Origin: Candidatus Latescibacterota bacterium
GTDB taxonomy: Bacteria > Latescibacterota > UBA2968 > UBA8231
NCBI GenBank assembly: GCA_965217585.1
Contig: OZ244561.1
Span: 6,304,001-6,368,000, forward strand
DNA length: 64,000 nucleotides
Reading direction: 5' to 3'
Position numbers and translations under genes: made by a program. The notes under the pieces were generated by a model. That model was not told the DNA's origin and did not search any database. It worked only from the letters and a program-made list of their open reading frames with translations. This document shows positions 1 through 9,227 of the stretch, in pieces (the first letter of the stretch is position 1; every line of letters starts with the position of its first letter).

Positions 1-325
1 TGGGAAGCGATTTTGGAATACACGTGATCTCAATGCCTATCTCGACGCTATGGACCAAGGCTGGTCGCCGTGCGCAGGGGAAGAGACCATAGCCTCGGAC
101 ACGGCCCGCAGGGAACGTCTATGGTTGGGTTTGCGCACCATAGAGGGGATTGAATTGACCGAAGAAGAGGTCGGTCGCGTGCAGAGCAGCAGGCGCTTTG
201 CCGATTTGGCGAAAGTTGGATATGCTGTGCTCAAAGACCAGAGATTGAGTTTGACTCGGGCGGGGTTTTTGCTGGCTGACGCCCTGAGCTTGGAGTTGGA
301 CCGGATCGTGGAAGAGGGGCAATAG
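1..325 (+). CDS. hemW: Radical SAM heme chaperone HemW/HemN-like, C-terminal part (5' truncated by window edge)
   Basis: Frame is open from position 2: GKRFWNTRDLNAYL...RERLWLGLRTIEGI...LSLTRAGFLLADAL, typical of the HemN C-terminal domain. Confidence 0.8.
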   Translation, partial: GKRFWNTRDLNAYLDAMDQGWSPCAGEETIASDTARRERLWLGLRTIEGIELTEEEVGRVQSSRRFADLAKVGYAVLKDQRLSLTRAGFLLADALSLELDRIVEEGQ

Positions 326-350
326 GCCGTGCTTGGATCTGGTAAGAAAT

Positions 351-385
351 AAAAAGGCCGTATCCCAAAGGGAACGGCCTTTTTT
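351..385. terminator. Bidirectional intrinsic terminator between hemW and tRNA-Tyr
   Basis: AAAAAGGCCGT...ACGGCCTTTTTT hairpin with A and T tails between convergent genes. Confidence 0.8.
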
Positions 386-391
386 AGTTAG

Positions 392-477
392 TGGTGGGGG
401 GAGCAGGATTTGAACCTGCGAAGGCATAAGCCAACAGATTTACAGTCTGCCCCGTTTGACCGCTTCGGTATCCCCCC
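392..477 (-). tRNA. tRNA-Tyr(GTA)
   Basis: Reverse complement GGGGGGATACCGAAGCGGTCAAACGGGGCAGACTGTAAATCTG...GGTTCAAATCCTGCTCCCCCCACCA; long variable arm; CCA encoded. Confidence 0.97.
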
Positions 478-486
478 GGCAGATTC

Positions 487-1335
487 TCAGGTGCCGCTAG
501 CCAGCGTTTTAAGCACTTGGTGCCGCGAAGGATGGCGCAGCTTGCTGAGGGCCCGCTCTTTGAGCTGGCGGATGCGCTCACGCGTGAGATTCATCATGTC
601 GCCGATTTCCTCGAGCGTCAGGGCCTCGTTGCCGTCGAGGCCAAAATAGAGCCTGATAATGCGCAATTCGCGCTCCTCGAGGGTTTCCAAGGCCGTCTCG
701 AGCTGCTCCCGTGCCGATTCGCTCAAGATGTCGGCGTCCGGGGGTGCGGCCGTATTGTCGGCCAAGGTGTTGAGCAGGCTGCGCTCGTCGTCGTCGGTAA
801 AGGACTCATCGAGCGAACACACGGCGCGGGCGCTGAGGATGGTCTCTAGAACCTCTTCGGCTGGGACTTCGAGTTCAGCGGCGATTTCCTCTATGTCAGG
901 CTCACTAGCGCGATGTTGGCCCAATTTGCGCGAGGCTTTGGAAATATCCTTGAGTAAGCTGACTTTGTTGAGAGGAAGGCGCACGGTGCGCACGTGCTCG
1001 GCGAGAGTTTGGAGAATGGACTGGCGGATCCACCAAACCGCGTATGAAATGAATTTGTAACCCTTGGTGCCGTCGAAGCGGTCGGCCGCCGTGATGAGGC
1101 CGAGATTGCCGGCGCTAATCAGGTCGGATAGGGATAACCCGCGGTTTTGGTATTTCTTGGCTACATCGACGACAAACCGCAAATTGGCGCTGATCATTTC
1201 TTCGCGGGCATGCATATCACCATTTTTTATGCGATCGGCTAGTTCTACTTCGCGTTCCCTCGAAAGGGGCGTGGACTCAGCAATATCGTCGAAATAGAGT
1301 CGCAGGGTGTTTTCTTCGTCGTGCAGATTTTGCAT
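487..1335 (-). CDS. RNA polymerase sigma-70 factor, RpoD/SigA-like, lacking region 1.1
   Basis: ANLRFVVDVAKKY, DLISAGNLGLITAADRFD, YKFISYAVWWIRQ, LTLEEIG...TRERIRQ; AGAGG RBS before ATG 1335. Confidence 0.93.
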   Translation of the reverse strand: MQNLHDEENTLRLYFDDIAESTPLSREREVELADRIKNGDMHAREEMISANLRFVVDVAKKYQNRGLSLSDLISAGNLGLITAADRFDGTKGYKFISYAVWWIRQSILQTLAEHVRTVRLPLNKVSLLKDISKASRKLGQHRASEPDIEEIAAELEVPAEEVLETILSARAVCSLDESFTDDDERSLLNTLADNTAAPPDADILSESAREQLETALETLEERELRIIRLYFGLDGNEALTLEEIGDMMNLTRERIRQLKERALSKLRHPSRHQVLKTLASGT

Positions 1336-1457
1336 AGAGCCTCTCATCTTTGACGTACAAAGAGCTGCCTGCGCGGCAGGTCTTCCCCTACACCATAGCA
1401 CCGAAATGCTCTCGGTACAAATGGTAAGCGTAGCATAGTTATAGGCGAAACTAACTG

Positions 1458-1486
1458 ATTATACATAAGGAGCAGCGCTGCGTCAA
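1458..1486 (-). promoter_or_regulatory. Sigma70-type promoter for sigma factor and tRNA-Tyr
   Basis: Minus strand TTGACG-N17-TATAAT. Confidence 0.75.
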
Positions 1487-1512
1487 GTCGTTTGCAAGCG
1501 CACTTGCATGTC

Positions 1513-2673
1513 TTAAGCGAGATGGCGGTACTCGCCGGCTTCATCCCAATCCACTAGGCTGCGGCCGTTTAGGTCCCAGACGACGCGGCCTGCTCTCAGC
1601 GTTAGCTCGCATTCGAGTTTTTGCTGGCCCCGCATGCGTGCCCGGCCCGAATCGACAAAGGCAAAATCTCCTTCGTGCAGGGCGAAAGCCGCTAGATCGG
1701 CTTCGGCCCCGACACTGAGATGGCCTAGCTGCGGGTGCCTGATTACCTCGGCTGGTCTGTGCGTCGAGCGATAGACGACCTCTTGGAGGGGCATGCCGAG
1801 GCTCAGGAATTTGGACATGGTTATGGGCATGGTGGCGTTGGGCAGCATGCGGCTGGACTTGTGTAGATCCGTGCTGATGGTATCCGGGGGGAAGTTTTGG
1901 GCCATGGCGGGCACGGCAATGCGAAACCAAAAGGAGCCGCCGCCGTGGCCTGTATCAAAGACGATGCCGCGCTGTCGGGCTTGGCGTACGTAGTCTGCGA
2001 CTCGTTTGTCCGCGTCGAGCAGGGGAATGTGGGCGGCGTAGAGATGCGTGTGGATATCTCCTGGACTCATGCGCTCGAGCAATTCCTCGTACGAGCGAGT
2101 GGGCTGGGGGGCAAAGTCAATCATGGCGATGGAATTGCTCTGTCGCGCCGCCTCGATCGCGCCACCAGCCGACTCCCAACCTGGACCGCCGAAGTGGGCT
2201 GATTTGGAACCGACGACGTGCTCGCGGTATTGCTCGAGCGCCGCGGCACAGAGCGCGGGGTCCATTTCGCTAATGTCTTGTTCGGGTGGGCCGATCATGC
2301 CAGCACCGACTATATTGACAAAGGCCAAGACTCGGGTCTGGGCGGGATCGATGATGGAGTGCTTGAAGTCGGCAAAATCCTTCCACCCAGCGCCGCCTGT
2401 ATCTACTACAGTGGTCACGCCGTAGGGCAGGGCGTGTTGGTCGGGAAAGAGCCAACCCCCATACCCCCCATAGACATGGACGTGGATATCGATTAAGCCC
2501 GGGGTGACATAGAGGCCGGACACGTCGACAACCTTTGCTGAACTGCACTCGATCCGGTCGGCGACCGCAGCGACTAACCCGTCCTTGAGGGCAATATCGG
2601 CTGGGCCGTCGAGGTCGTTTTTGGGATCGATGAGGTGCCCCCCTTGGATGATGAGATCAAAGTCGCCGCTCAT
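1513..2673 (-). CDS. Amidohydrolase/deacetylase (dihydroorotase-like metallo-hydrolase)
   Basis: PGLIDIHVH, GVTTVVDTGGAG, GDIHTH, FDTGHGGGSF, DTISTDLH. Confidence 0.88.
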   Translation of the reverse strand: MSGDFDLIIQGGHLIDPKNDLDGPADIALKDGLVAAVADRIECSSAKVVDVSGLYVTPGLIDIHVHVYGGYGGWLFPDQHALPYGVTTVVDTGGAGWKDFADFKHSIIDPAQTRVLAFVNIVGAGMIGPPEQDISEMDPALCAAALEQYREHVVGSKSAHFGGPGWESAGGAIEAARQSNSIAMIDFAPQPTRSYEELLERMSPGDIHTHLYAAHIPLLDADKRVADYVRQARQRGIVFDTGHGGGSFWFRIAVPAMAQNFPPDTISTDLHKSSRMLPNATMPITMSKFLSLGMPLQEVVYRSTHRPAEVIRHPQLGHLSVGAEADLAAFALHEGDFAFVDSGRARMRGQQKLECELTLRAGRVVWDLNGRSLVDWDEAGEYRHLA

Positions 2674-2827
2674 AATGGCCGTCCTTTCGCCCGTGGGCCG
2701 TGTGTTGGAAGCAAAGCCGTAGAATAACCAGCGGGCCACGGTGGGATCAAGGGCTGGTCTCGCATTGCACAAAGAGAATTTTTTTGGCAGATTTTCTTTG
2801 TCTAAAAACTGCCTTTAGGAGGAATAC

Positions 2828-3817
2828 ATGGTACGCACTGTGAAAGTAGCCGTCACCGGGGCGGCTGGCCAGATCGGCTACGCTATTTTGCCGCGTTTAG
2901 CCTCGGGCGAGGTTTTCGGCCGCGACGTCCGGGTTTCGCTGCATTTGCTGGAGATTACTCCGGCGCTCAAAGCTCTAGAAGGCGTAGTTATGGAGCTCGA
3001 CGACTGCGCCTTTCCGCTTCTCGACGACATTGTGATCACCGATCAAGCCGAAGTGGCTTTTGACGGGATCAATTGGGGCCTGCTAATCGGCTCCAAGCCG
3101 CGTGGTCCCGGTATGGAGCGGGGCGACTTAATTCGGGAAAACGGCCCGATATTCGTCGGTCAAGGTCAGGCTCTCGCCCGAGCCGCCGCCGATGTGCGGG
3201 TCTTGGTGGTGGGCAATCCGGCCAATACCAATGGCTTGATTGCCATGAGCCACGGCCATAAGGCCGGCATCCCCCGCGACCGCTTCCACGCCATGACCCG
3301 ACTGGATCAAAATCGCGCCCAAGCCCAGCTCGCCAACAAGGCTGGAGTCAAGGTCGCAGCGGTGACCAATATGGCCATTTGGGGCAACCACAGCGCCACG
3401 CAGTACCCGGATGCCGAGAACGCGCGCATTGAGGGGCGCCCGGCGCATGATGTTATAGGCCACCACGCATGGTTGCGAGAGGAATTCATCCAGATCGTCC
3501 AGCAGCGGGGCGCGGCCGTCATCGACGCCCGTGGCTTATCGTCGGCCGCGTCGGCTGCCAATGCTGCGCTCGACCACATCGTCAGCGTGGAGAGCGTCAC
3601 GTCTGCGGGCGATTTTTTTTCGGCAGGCGTCTATTCGGACGGTAGCTACGGGATTGACGAGGGGTTGATGTTCTCCTTTCCCATTCGCAGCGACGGTCAA
3701 GGCCACTGGGAGATCGTGCAGGGCTTGGAGTTGAGCGATTTTGCCCGCGCGAAGATCAAGGCCACCGAAGACGAGCTCAAAGAGGAGCGCTCGATCATCG
3801 CCGACCTCTTGGGCTGA
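2828..3817 (+). CDS. mdh: Malate dehydrogenase
   Basis: [63 protein letters not shown]; AGGAGG RBS. Confidence 0.97.
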   Translation: MVRTVKVAVTGAAGQIGYAILPRLASGEVFGRDVRVSLHLLEITPALKALEGVVMELDDCAFPLLDDIVITDQAEVAFDGINWGLLIGSKPRGPGMERGDLIRENGPIFVGQGQALARAAADVRVLVVGNPANTNGLIAMSHGHKAGIPRDRFHAMTRLDQNRAQAQLANKAGVKVAAVTNMAIWGNHSATQYPDAENARIEGRPAHDVIGHHAWLREEFIQIVQQRGAAVIDARGLSSAASAANAALDHIVSVESVTSAGDFFSAGVYSDGSYGIDEGLMFSFPIRSDGQGHWEIVQGLELSDFARAKIKATEDELKEERSIIADLLG

Positions 3818-3818
3818 T

Positions 3819-4562
3819 ATGTTCCAAGATCCCAAGCGCTACCAAGCCAAACACCACTATGTCACCGCCGCAGGTACCGACTTGGTGGGGGTCTTGGACC
3901 CCCAAGCCGGCGAGCGCGTCCTCGACTTGGGATGCGGCACCGGTCAACTGAGTGCCCAGATCGCCGCAGCCGGGGCTGAGGTTGTGGGCATCGACTTGTC
4001 GGCCGAGATGATCGAGGTCGCCCGCGAGCAGTTCCCGGCCCTATCTTTTGTCGCCGCCGATGCGAGGGATTTCTTCTTTGCCGAGCCGTTCAATGCTGTC
4101 TTTTCCAACGCAGCTCTGCACTGGGTCAAGCCGCCGGAAGCGGCACTTGCGTGTATTGTCGCCTGTCTGGAGCAGGGCGGGCGTTTTGTCGCCGAGTTGG
4201 GCGGTGCTCGAAATGTGGCCACCATCCGCCGGGCGCTAACCGACCAGTTGGCCGCTCGGGGCTTTTATCCGCAATCGCCTTGGTATTTTCCCAGCTTGGG
4301 AGAGTACGCGCGGCTCGTGGAGCAGGCTGGGCTACGCGTTGCTTATGCCAGCCACTTTCCCCGTCCAACGCCCCTAGCGGGAGAGAGCGGGTTGCGCGAC
4401 TGGATGGAGATGTTCGCTGGGACGCTTACAAAGGGCGTCCCCCCGTCGATACGAGAAGAGCTATTCGCCGCGGTGGAGGACGCCGTTCGCTCGGCATTGT
4501 ACAGCGATGGGGTCTGGTGCGCCGACTACTGGCGTCTGCGCGTAGTCGCCTATAAAGAGTAA
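3819..4562 (+). CDS. Class I SAM-dependent methyltransferase (trans-aconitate methyltransferase-like)
   Basis: VLDLGCGTG, FSNAALHWV, ADYWRLRVVA. Confidence 0.88.
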   Translation: MFQDPKRYQAKHHYVTAAGTDLVGVLDPQAGERVLDLGCGTGQLSAQIAAAGAEVVGIDLSAEMIEVAREQFPALSFVAADARDFFFAEPFNAVFSNAALHWVKPPEAALACIVACLEQGGRFVAELGGARNVATIRRALTDQLAARGFYPQSPWYFPSLGEYARLVEQAGLRVAYASHFPRPTPLAGESGLRDWMEMFAGTLTKGVPPSIREELFAAVEDAVRSALYSDGVWCADYWRLRVVAYKE

Positions 4563-4578
4563 GTTTAGCCGCTATTTT

Positions 4579-5238
4579 ATGAAGTCGAGCCACGTGATTT
4601 GGGACTGGAACGGCACCTTGGTGGACGATGCTTGGCTGTGCGTCGAGATCGTCAATGAGCTGTTGGCGCACCGCGGACTAGCGCCGACCACGCCGTGCAA
4701 ATACAGCGAGGTCTTCGGGTTTCCCCTGCGGACCTACTACCAGCTCGTAGGCTTTGACTTAGAGCGCGAGGACTTTGCGGTCATGGGCGACGAATTCAAC
4801 ATCCTCTACAGCCAGCGCCGCCGCGAGTGCCGTTTGCGCGAGGGAACGCGCGAAGTGCTGGCCGCACTGGGCCGCAACGGGATCGGACAATCCCTCTTAT
4901 CCGCCTACGACCAAGTGTCCCTCGAAGAAATGGTCGCTCACTACGGGCTGCGCTCCCACTTTGCCGCAGCCGCCGGGGTGGATAATGGCTTGGGGGAGGG
5001 GAAAATCGAGCGCGCACATCGGCACCTTGCGGACCTCAACTGCCGGGGCGATGAAGTCTTGCTCGTCGGCGATACTCTACACGACATAGAGGTGGCCGCC
5101 GCGCTAGGAGTCCATTGCGTCCTGCTGCCTTCCGGCCACCAGAGTCGGCGTCGGTTGGAGCTGGGGGAGTGCGCCGTGGTGGATGGGCTTTTTGCAGTGG
5201 CCGCTTTGCTGGACCTAAAAGGAGATATCTATGACTGA
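4579..5238 (+). CDS. HAD-family hydrolase (phosphoglycolate phosphatase-like)
   Basis: IWDWNGTLVDD motif I; VGDTLHD motif IV. Confidence 0.88.
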   Translation: MKSSHVIWDWNGTLVDDAWLCVEIVNELLAHRGLAPTTPCKYSEVFGFPLRTYYQLVGFDLEREDFAVMGDEFNILYSQRRRECRLREGTREVLAALGRNGIGQSLLSAYDQVSLEEMVAHYGLRSHFAAAAGVDNGLGEGKIERAHRHLADLNCRGDEVLLVGDTLHDIEVAAALGVHCVLLPSGHQSRRRLELGECAVVDGLFAVAALLDLKGDIYD

Positions 5239-6130
5239 AACGTGGCGCGGAATTATGCCGATTGTGGTGACCCCCTTTACCGATAGCTATTCGCTGGATG
5301 AAGCGGCCTTGCGGGATTTGGTCGCCTTCAGTATTGAAGCGGGTGCCACGGGCTTGGTGGGGCCGGCTAATGCCAGCGAATTTTCGACCCTTTCCGATGA
5401 TGAACGCCGTCGCTGGATCGAGATTGTCGTCGCCGTGGCCGATGGCCGAGTACCGGTAGTGGCCTCGATTACCTCGGGCCACGCCGTGCCGGCCGTGGCT
5501 CTCGCTCAGTTTGCTCAAGCTACGGGAGCCGACGGGATCATGTCCATGCCGCCGCACGTATTGCGCGTTGACCAAGAAGGCTGCTACGCCTTTTACCAGC
5601 AGTTGGCGGCCGCGGTTGAGATCCCGATCTGCGTGCAGAATTTCGACGCGCCAGTCGGTACGCCCATGAGCGGCGAACTATTGGGGCGGATGTGCCGCGA
5701 GCTGACTGGCGTCGATTACATCAAGGAAGAGACCGTCCCCGAGCCTTGGCAGGTCAGCCGCACATTGGCGCTGGCTGGCGCGGCCTGCAAGGGCGTATTG
5801 GGTGGCAAAGGGGGAGTCTATTTGCTCGACGAATATCGACGCGGTGCCTGCGGCAATATGCCGGGCTGTCACATGACCGACGTCATGGCGGCGATCTGGG
5901 ATGCCCTTGAAGCAGGCGACGAGGCAACGGCGCGTGTGCGCTTCTATCAACTTCTGCCGCTGATGAATTACGAGCGGCTCTACGGGCTGGCGATCTACAA
6001 GTGGATTCTACAAAAGCGCGGGTTGATCCGCTCGGCGGTTTGCCGGGCACCCGTGCCCGTCCTCGACGGCGACGCACTGACCGAGTTGGAGATCATTTGG
6101 GACGGCGTTGAGCCACTTTTGCGGGGGTGA
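5231..6130 (+). CDS. Dihydrodipicolinate synthase family lyase (2-keto-3-deoxy-acid dehydratase/aldolase-like)
   Basis: GIMPIVVTPF, ANASEFSTLSDDER, YIKEE Schiff-base lysine. Confidence 0.85.
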   Translation: MTETWRGIMPIVVTPFTDSYSLDEAALRDLVAFSIEAGATGLVGPANASEFSTLSDDERRRWIEIVVAVADGRVPVVASITSGHAVPAVALAQFAQATGADGIMSMPPHVLRVDQEGCYAFYQQLAAAVEIPICVQNFDAPVGTPMSGELLGRMCRELTGVDYIKEETVPEPWQVSRTLALAGAACKGVLGGKGGVYLLDEYRRGACGNMPGCHMTDVMAAIWDALEAGDEATARVRFYQLLPLMNYERLYGLAIYKWILQKRGLIRSAVCRAPVPVLDGDALTELEIIWDGVEPLLRG

Positions 6131-6134
6131 AATA

Positions 6135-7004
6135 GTGGATACCTATCAACAGTGCATTGAGCGCGACGGCTTTTGCGTTATCGAGCAAGTGATTCCCGAG
6201 GCCGTGGTCGGGGAGATATGCGCCGAGCTGGCGGCCGAGGTCGAGCGCAATCGCCAACATTCCGAAGCCAAGTTGGCCGAAATTCGCCGCCGCGGCCACC
6301 GGATCGGCACCCCAGGCGTGGCCCAGCTCAAACAAGTCATCAATCAGGTGCAATCCTTTGCTCCGTACCTGGCCGACCGCCGGCTCCTAGCGGTAATCGA
6401 GTCTTTTTTCGGGGCTTGGGCGCGGATTTCCTGCACCGACTGCGTGATCAATCACCCGGGTAATGCTCGGGGCTATTGGCACGCCGATTGGCCCTACAAC
6501 TCAACCAACGCCTCGCACATCCCCGCGCCGTATCCAGACGCGGTTTTGCACCTTTCGACCATCTGGATGCTGACGCCGTTTGCCCCTGAGACAGGGGGGA
6601 CTCTCGTGGTGCCGGGCAGTCACCGCTGGCCGCGCAATCCAGCAGCCGGGGACATGCCCGAAATGGATCGGGACGCGCCCTATCCGACCGAGTGCCAGAT
6701 CGAAGGGGCGGCCGGCAGCGTCTTGGTGTACGACAGCCGGCTTTGGCACGCTGTGGCCCCCAACCGTAGCGCAAGCGATCGCGTCGCCCTCATCGTGCGC
6801 TACGCTCCGTGGTGGCTGAACCTGAATCCCACGCTCATCGGCCGGTCCGAACACGAGGCTATGGTGGTGGAGACCGGAGGCAAAAACTACGAGATGATGC
6901 CGCTTGAGCGGGAAGTTTTTGACCGGTTGCCCGCAGCCGTTAAGCCTCTATATCGCCATTGGGTTGCGCAATCTGCCCGGCCTGATGAAGTGCGCGGGCA
7001 CTGA
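6135..7004 (+). CDS. Phytanoyl-CoA dioxygenase (PhyH) family protein
   Basis: RDGFCVIEQV, WHADW, GGTLVVPGSH, DSRLWHA. Confidence 0.88.
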   Translation: MDTYQQCIERDGFCVIEQVIPEAVVGEICAELAAEVERNRQHSEAKLAEIRRRGHRIGTPGVAQLKQVINQVQSFAPYLADRRLLAVIESFFGAWARISCTDCVINHPGNARGYWHADWPYNSTNASHIPAPYPDAVLHLSTIWMLTPFAPETGGTLVVPGSHRWPRNPAAGDMPEMDRDAPYPTECQIEGAAGSVLVYDSRLWHAVAPNRSASDRVALIVRYAPWWLNLNPTLIGRSEHEAMVVETGGKNYEMMPLEREVFDRLPAAVKPLYRHWVAQSARPDEVRGH

Positions 7005-8199
7005 CTCCCAAGACGCCGAGGAAGCCTTCGGAGTCGCGGTGATCGAAGTCGCCGATGGCCTCCATGGAAGCGGTGTCCTCGCTGTAGAGCGAGTGGGGAG
7101 CGTCGCTGGCTGCGCAAAAGGCGACGTGGCCCTTGTAGAGCGAGACAGAGATGGTCCCAGTCGCCAATTGATTAAAATGCTCAATGACCTTCCAGCTCGC
7201 TTGGGTCGCCGTGTCAAACCAATAGCCTTGGTAGATTTGCTCGGCGATAAACTCGGAGGCAAAGGTGAAGATCCGCCGGGCACGGCGGTCGAGAATGAGC
7301 TGGAGCAAGTAATCGTAGCACTGGCCGAGTAGCTCTAGGGCCGGTGCCTCATAGACGCCGCGCGACTTGATGCCAACGAAGCGATTTTCCACTGCGTGTA
7401 AGCCAATGCCGACACCGTGCCGTCCGGCGATGGCGTTGCTCTGCTCGATGGCCTCGACCGGGCCCACAGGACGGCCATTGATGGAGATCGGGACACCTCG
7501 TTCAAAGCGCACGGTAAAAACCTCTGCTGCATCCGGGGCTTGCTGTGGGAAACAGCCCATGCCGGGTGCGATTAGGCTGGTCGCGGTGTCTAAGGCTTCG
7601 AGCTGGCCAGCTTCGTGCGTCAGCCCGAGCATGTTGGCGTCCGTGGAGTAGGGCTTGTCTGGGGTGGCGGTTATGGGTAGGCCATGCCCCTGACAGTAAG
7701 CGATCATTTCGCTGCGCCCACCGAAGTTTTGCAAGAACGCCGGGTCGCGCCAGGGAGCGTACACCTCGATGTGCGGCGCGAGCATCTGCGCCGCCAGTTG
7801 GAAGCGGACTTGGTCGTTGCCGCGCCCGGTGGCCCCATGCGCCATCACTTGGGTGCCGCGCTCCTGCATGTGGGGCAACATGCCGGCCACCGTCACGTGC
7901 CGGGCGATGCCGGTGGTGTTCCAATAGCCCCCCTCGTAGCGGGCTTGGGCTTGGACGAGTTGGATGCCGGCTTGGCAGATAGCCTCTCTGCGGTCGTCGA
8001 GGATCATTTCAGCGGCCCCACAGGCTTGCATCCGGCTCCGTATGTCTTCGATGCGCTCCTCGTCGGGCTGGCCCAGACCGGCGGTATAGGCGACGACCTC
8101 TAGGCCTTGGGATTGGAGCCAATGGGTGATGGTACAGCTATCGAGGCCACCCGACGCGGCCAGCATGACCTTCTGGCCCTTTAGATCTGCGATATTCAT
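6940..8199 (-). CDS. argG: Argininosuccinate synthase
   Basis: ASGGLDS, HGATGRGNDQVRF, YSTDANMLG, ENRFVGIKSRGVYEAP. Confidence 0.95.
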   Translation of the reverse strand: MNIADLKGQKVMLAASGGLDSCTITHWLQSQGLEVVAYTAGLGQPDEERIEDIRSRMQACGAAEMILDDRREAICQAGIQLVQAQARYEGGYWNTTGIARHVTVAGMLPHMQERGTQVMAHGATGRGNDQVRFQLAAQMLAPHIEVYAPWRDPAFLQNFGGRSEMIAYCQGHGLPITATPDKPYSTDANMLGLTHEAGQLEALDTATSLIAPGMGCFPQQAPDAAEVFTVRFERGVPISINGRPVGPVEAIEQSNAIAGRHGVGIGLHAVENRFVGIKSRGVYEAPALELLGQCYDYLLQLILDRRARRIFTFASEFIAEQIYQGYWFDTATQASWKVIEHFNQLATGTISVSLYKGHVAFCAASDAPHSLYSEDTASMEAIGDFDHRDSEGFLGVLGVSARALHQAGQIAQPNGDIEA

Positions 8200-8297
8200 G
8201 GTTGCTCCTTTTGTAGGTAGAGAAAATAATATAATAAATAAAAATTCTTAATCAAGAATAATTATCATTAAATATAGCAAATAAGCCGTGCTTTATC

Positions 8298-8326
8298 TTG
8301 ACAGTTTTCACCCGCGAGAATATCAT
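8298..8326 (+). promoter_or_regulatory. Sigma70-type promoter, probably giving a leaderless mRNA
   Basis: TTGACA-N17-TATCAT with the ATG 6 nt downstream and no Shine-Dalgarno sequence. Confidence 0.65.
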
Positions 8327-8332
8327 TAGCAA

Positions 8333-9205
8333 ATGCTCATTGACGCGCATAATCACCCCAATTGGCACGGGTTTAACGCCGCCAAAATCCTGCGCAACAT
8401 GGACGAGCAGGGCATCGACCAGATGTGGCTTTTCTCGTGGGAGGTCCCTGCAGATGAATACTCGCCTTCGTATCACTCGGTGTTGCCCCCTACGGGCTTG
8501 GGGATTCCCTTAGAAGACGTACTGGCCGTCGGCAGAGAAGCGCCCGAGCGCTTTGTCCTTGGCTATATGCCTCATCCCAAGCGGCCCGACGCCATAGATC
8601 GGCTCAAGGCCGCGGTCGAAATCCACGGCGTGCAGGTCGCCTCCGAGCTGAAGGTGCGCCTGACGTTTGACGATCCAGACGCGCTGCGCCTGTACGAGGC
8701 TTGCGGCGCGATGCGCTTGCCCATTACGATCCATCTCGACTATCCAATCGACCACGGCCGCGGTGGTTATCCGCGCCCCAACTGGTGGTACGGCGGCAGC
8801 CTCGACGCGCTTGAACGCGCAGTTGCGGCCTGCCCACAGACGGTCTTTATCGGCCATGCCCCCGGGTTCTGGGCCCATATTTCCGGGGACGATCGCTACG
8901 CCAAGGAGAGCTACCCGAGCGGCCCAGTGCTGCCGAATGGACGCTTGGCCCCGATGATGCGCCAGTACCGCAATCTATATGCCGATCTGTCGGCCGGGTC
9001 AGGGTTGCGCGCGCTGCAAAGGGACCGGCGCTTCGGGCGCGATTTTCTCCTCGAATTTCAGGACAAATTGCTCTTTGGTCGGGACTACTTTGACACCCAA
9101 TTGATGGATTTTCTGCGCACCCTTGAGCTGCCTGCGGAAGCCTTTGACAAGATCGCCTACCAAAACGCCGAGCGCCTCTTGTCTTCCTACTTAGACGCGC
9201 CGTGA
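8333..9205 (+). CDS. Amidohydrolase_2 family metal-dependent hydrolase
   Basis: IDAHNH, LPITIHLD, FIGHAPGFW, LYADLSAGSG, LLFGRD. Confidence 0.85.
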   Translation: MLIDAHNHPNWHGFNAAKILRNMDEQGIDQMWLFSWEVPADEYSPSYHSVLPPTGLGIPLEDVLAVGREAPERFVLGYMPHPKRPDAIDRLKAAVEIHGVQVASELKVRLTFDDPDALRLYEACGAMRLPITIHLDYPIDHGRGGYPRPNWWYGGSLDALERAVAACPQTVFIGHAPGFWAHISGDDRYAKESYPSGPVLPNGRLAPMMRQYRNLYADLSAGSGLRALQRDRRFGRDFLLEFQDKLLFGRDYFDTQLMDFLRTLELPAEAFDKIAYQNAERLLSSYLDAP

Positions 9206-9227
9206 AAACGGCCACGAGCTAAAAGTC

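Noticed and set aside
6940-7004. Convergent 3' overlaps (phyH/argG 65 bp; also 16142-16161 and 49981-50008)
   Set aside because: Short tail-to-tail overlaps are common in compact GC-rich genomes and there is no evidence of function.
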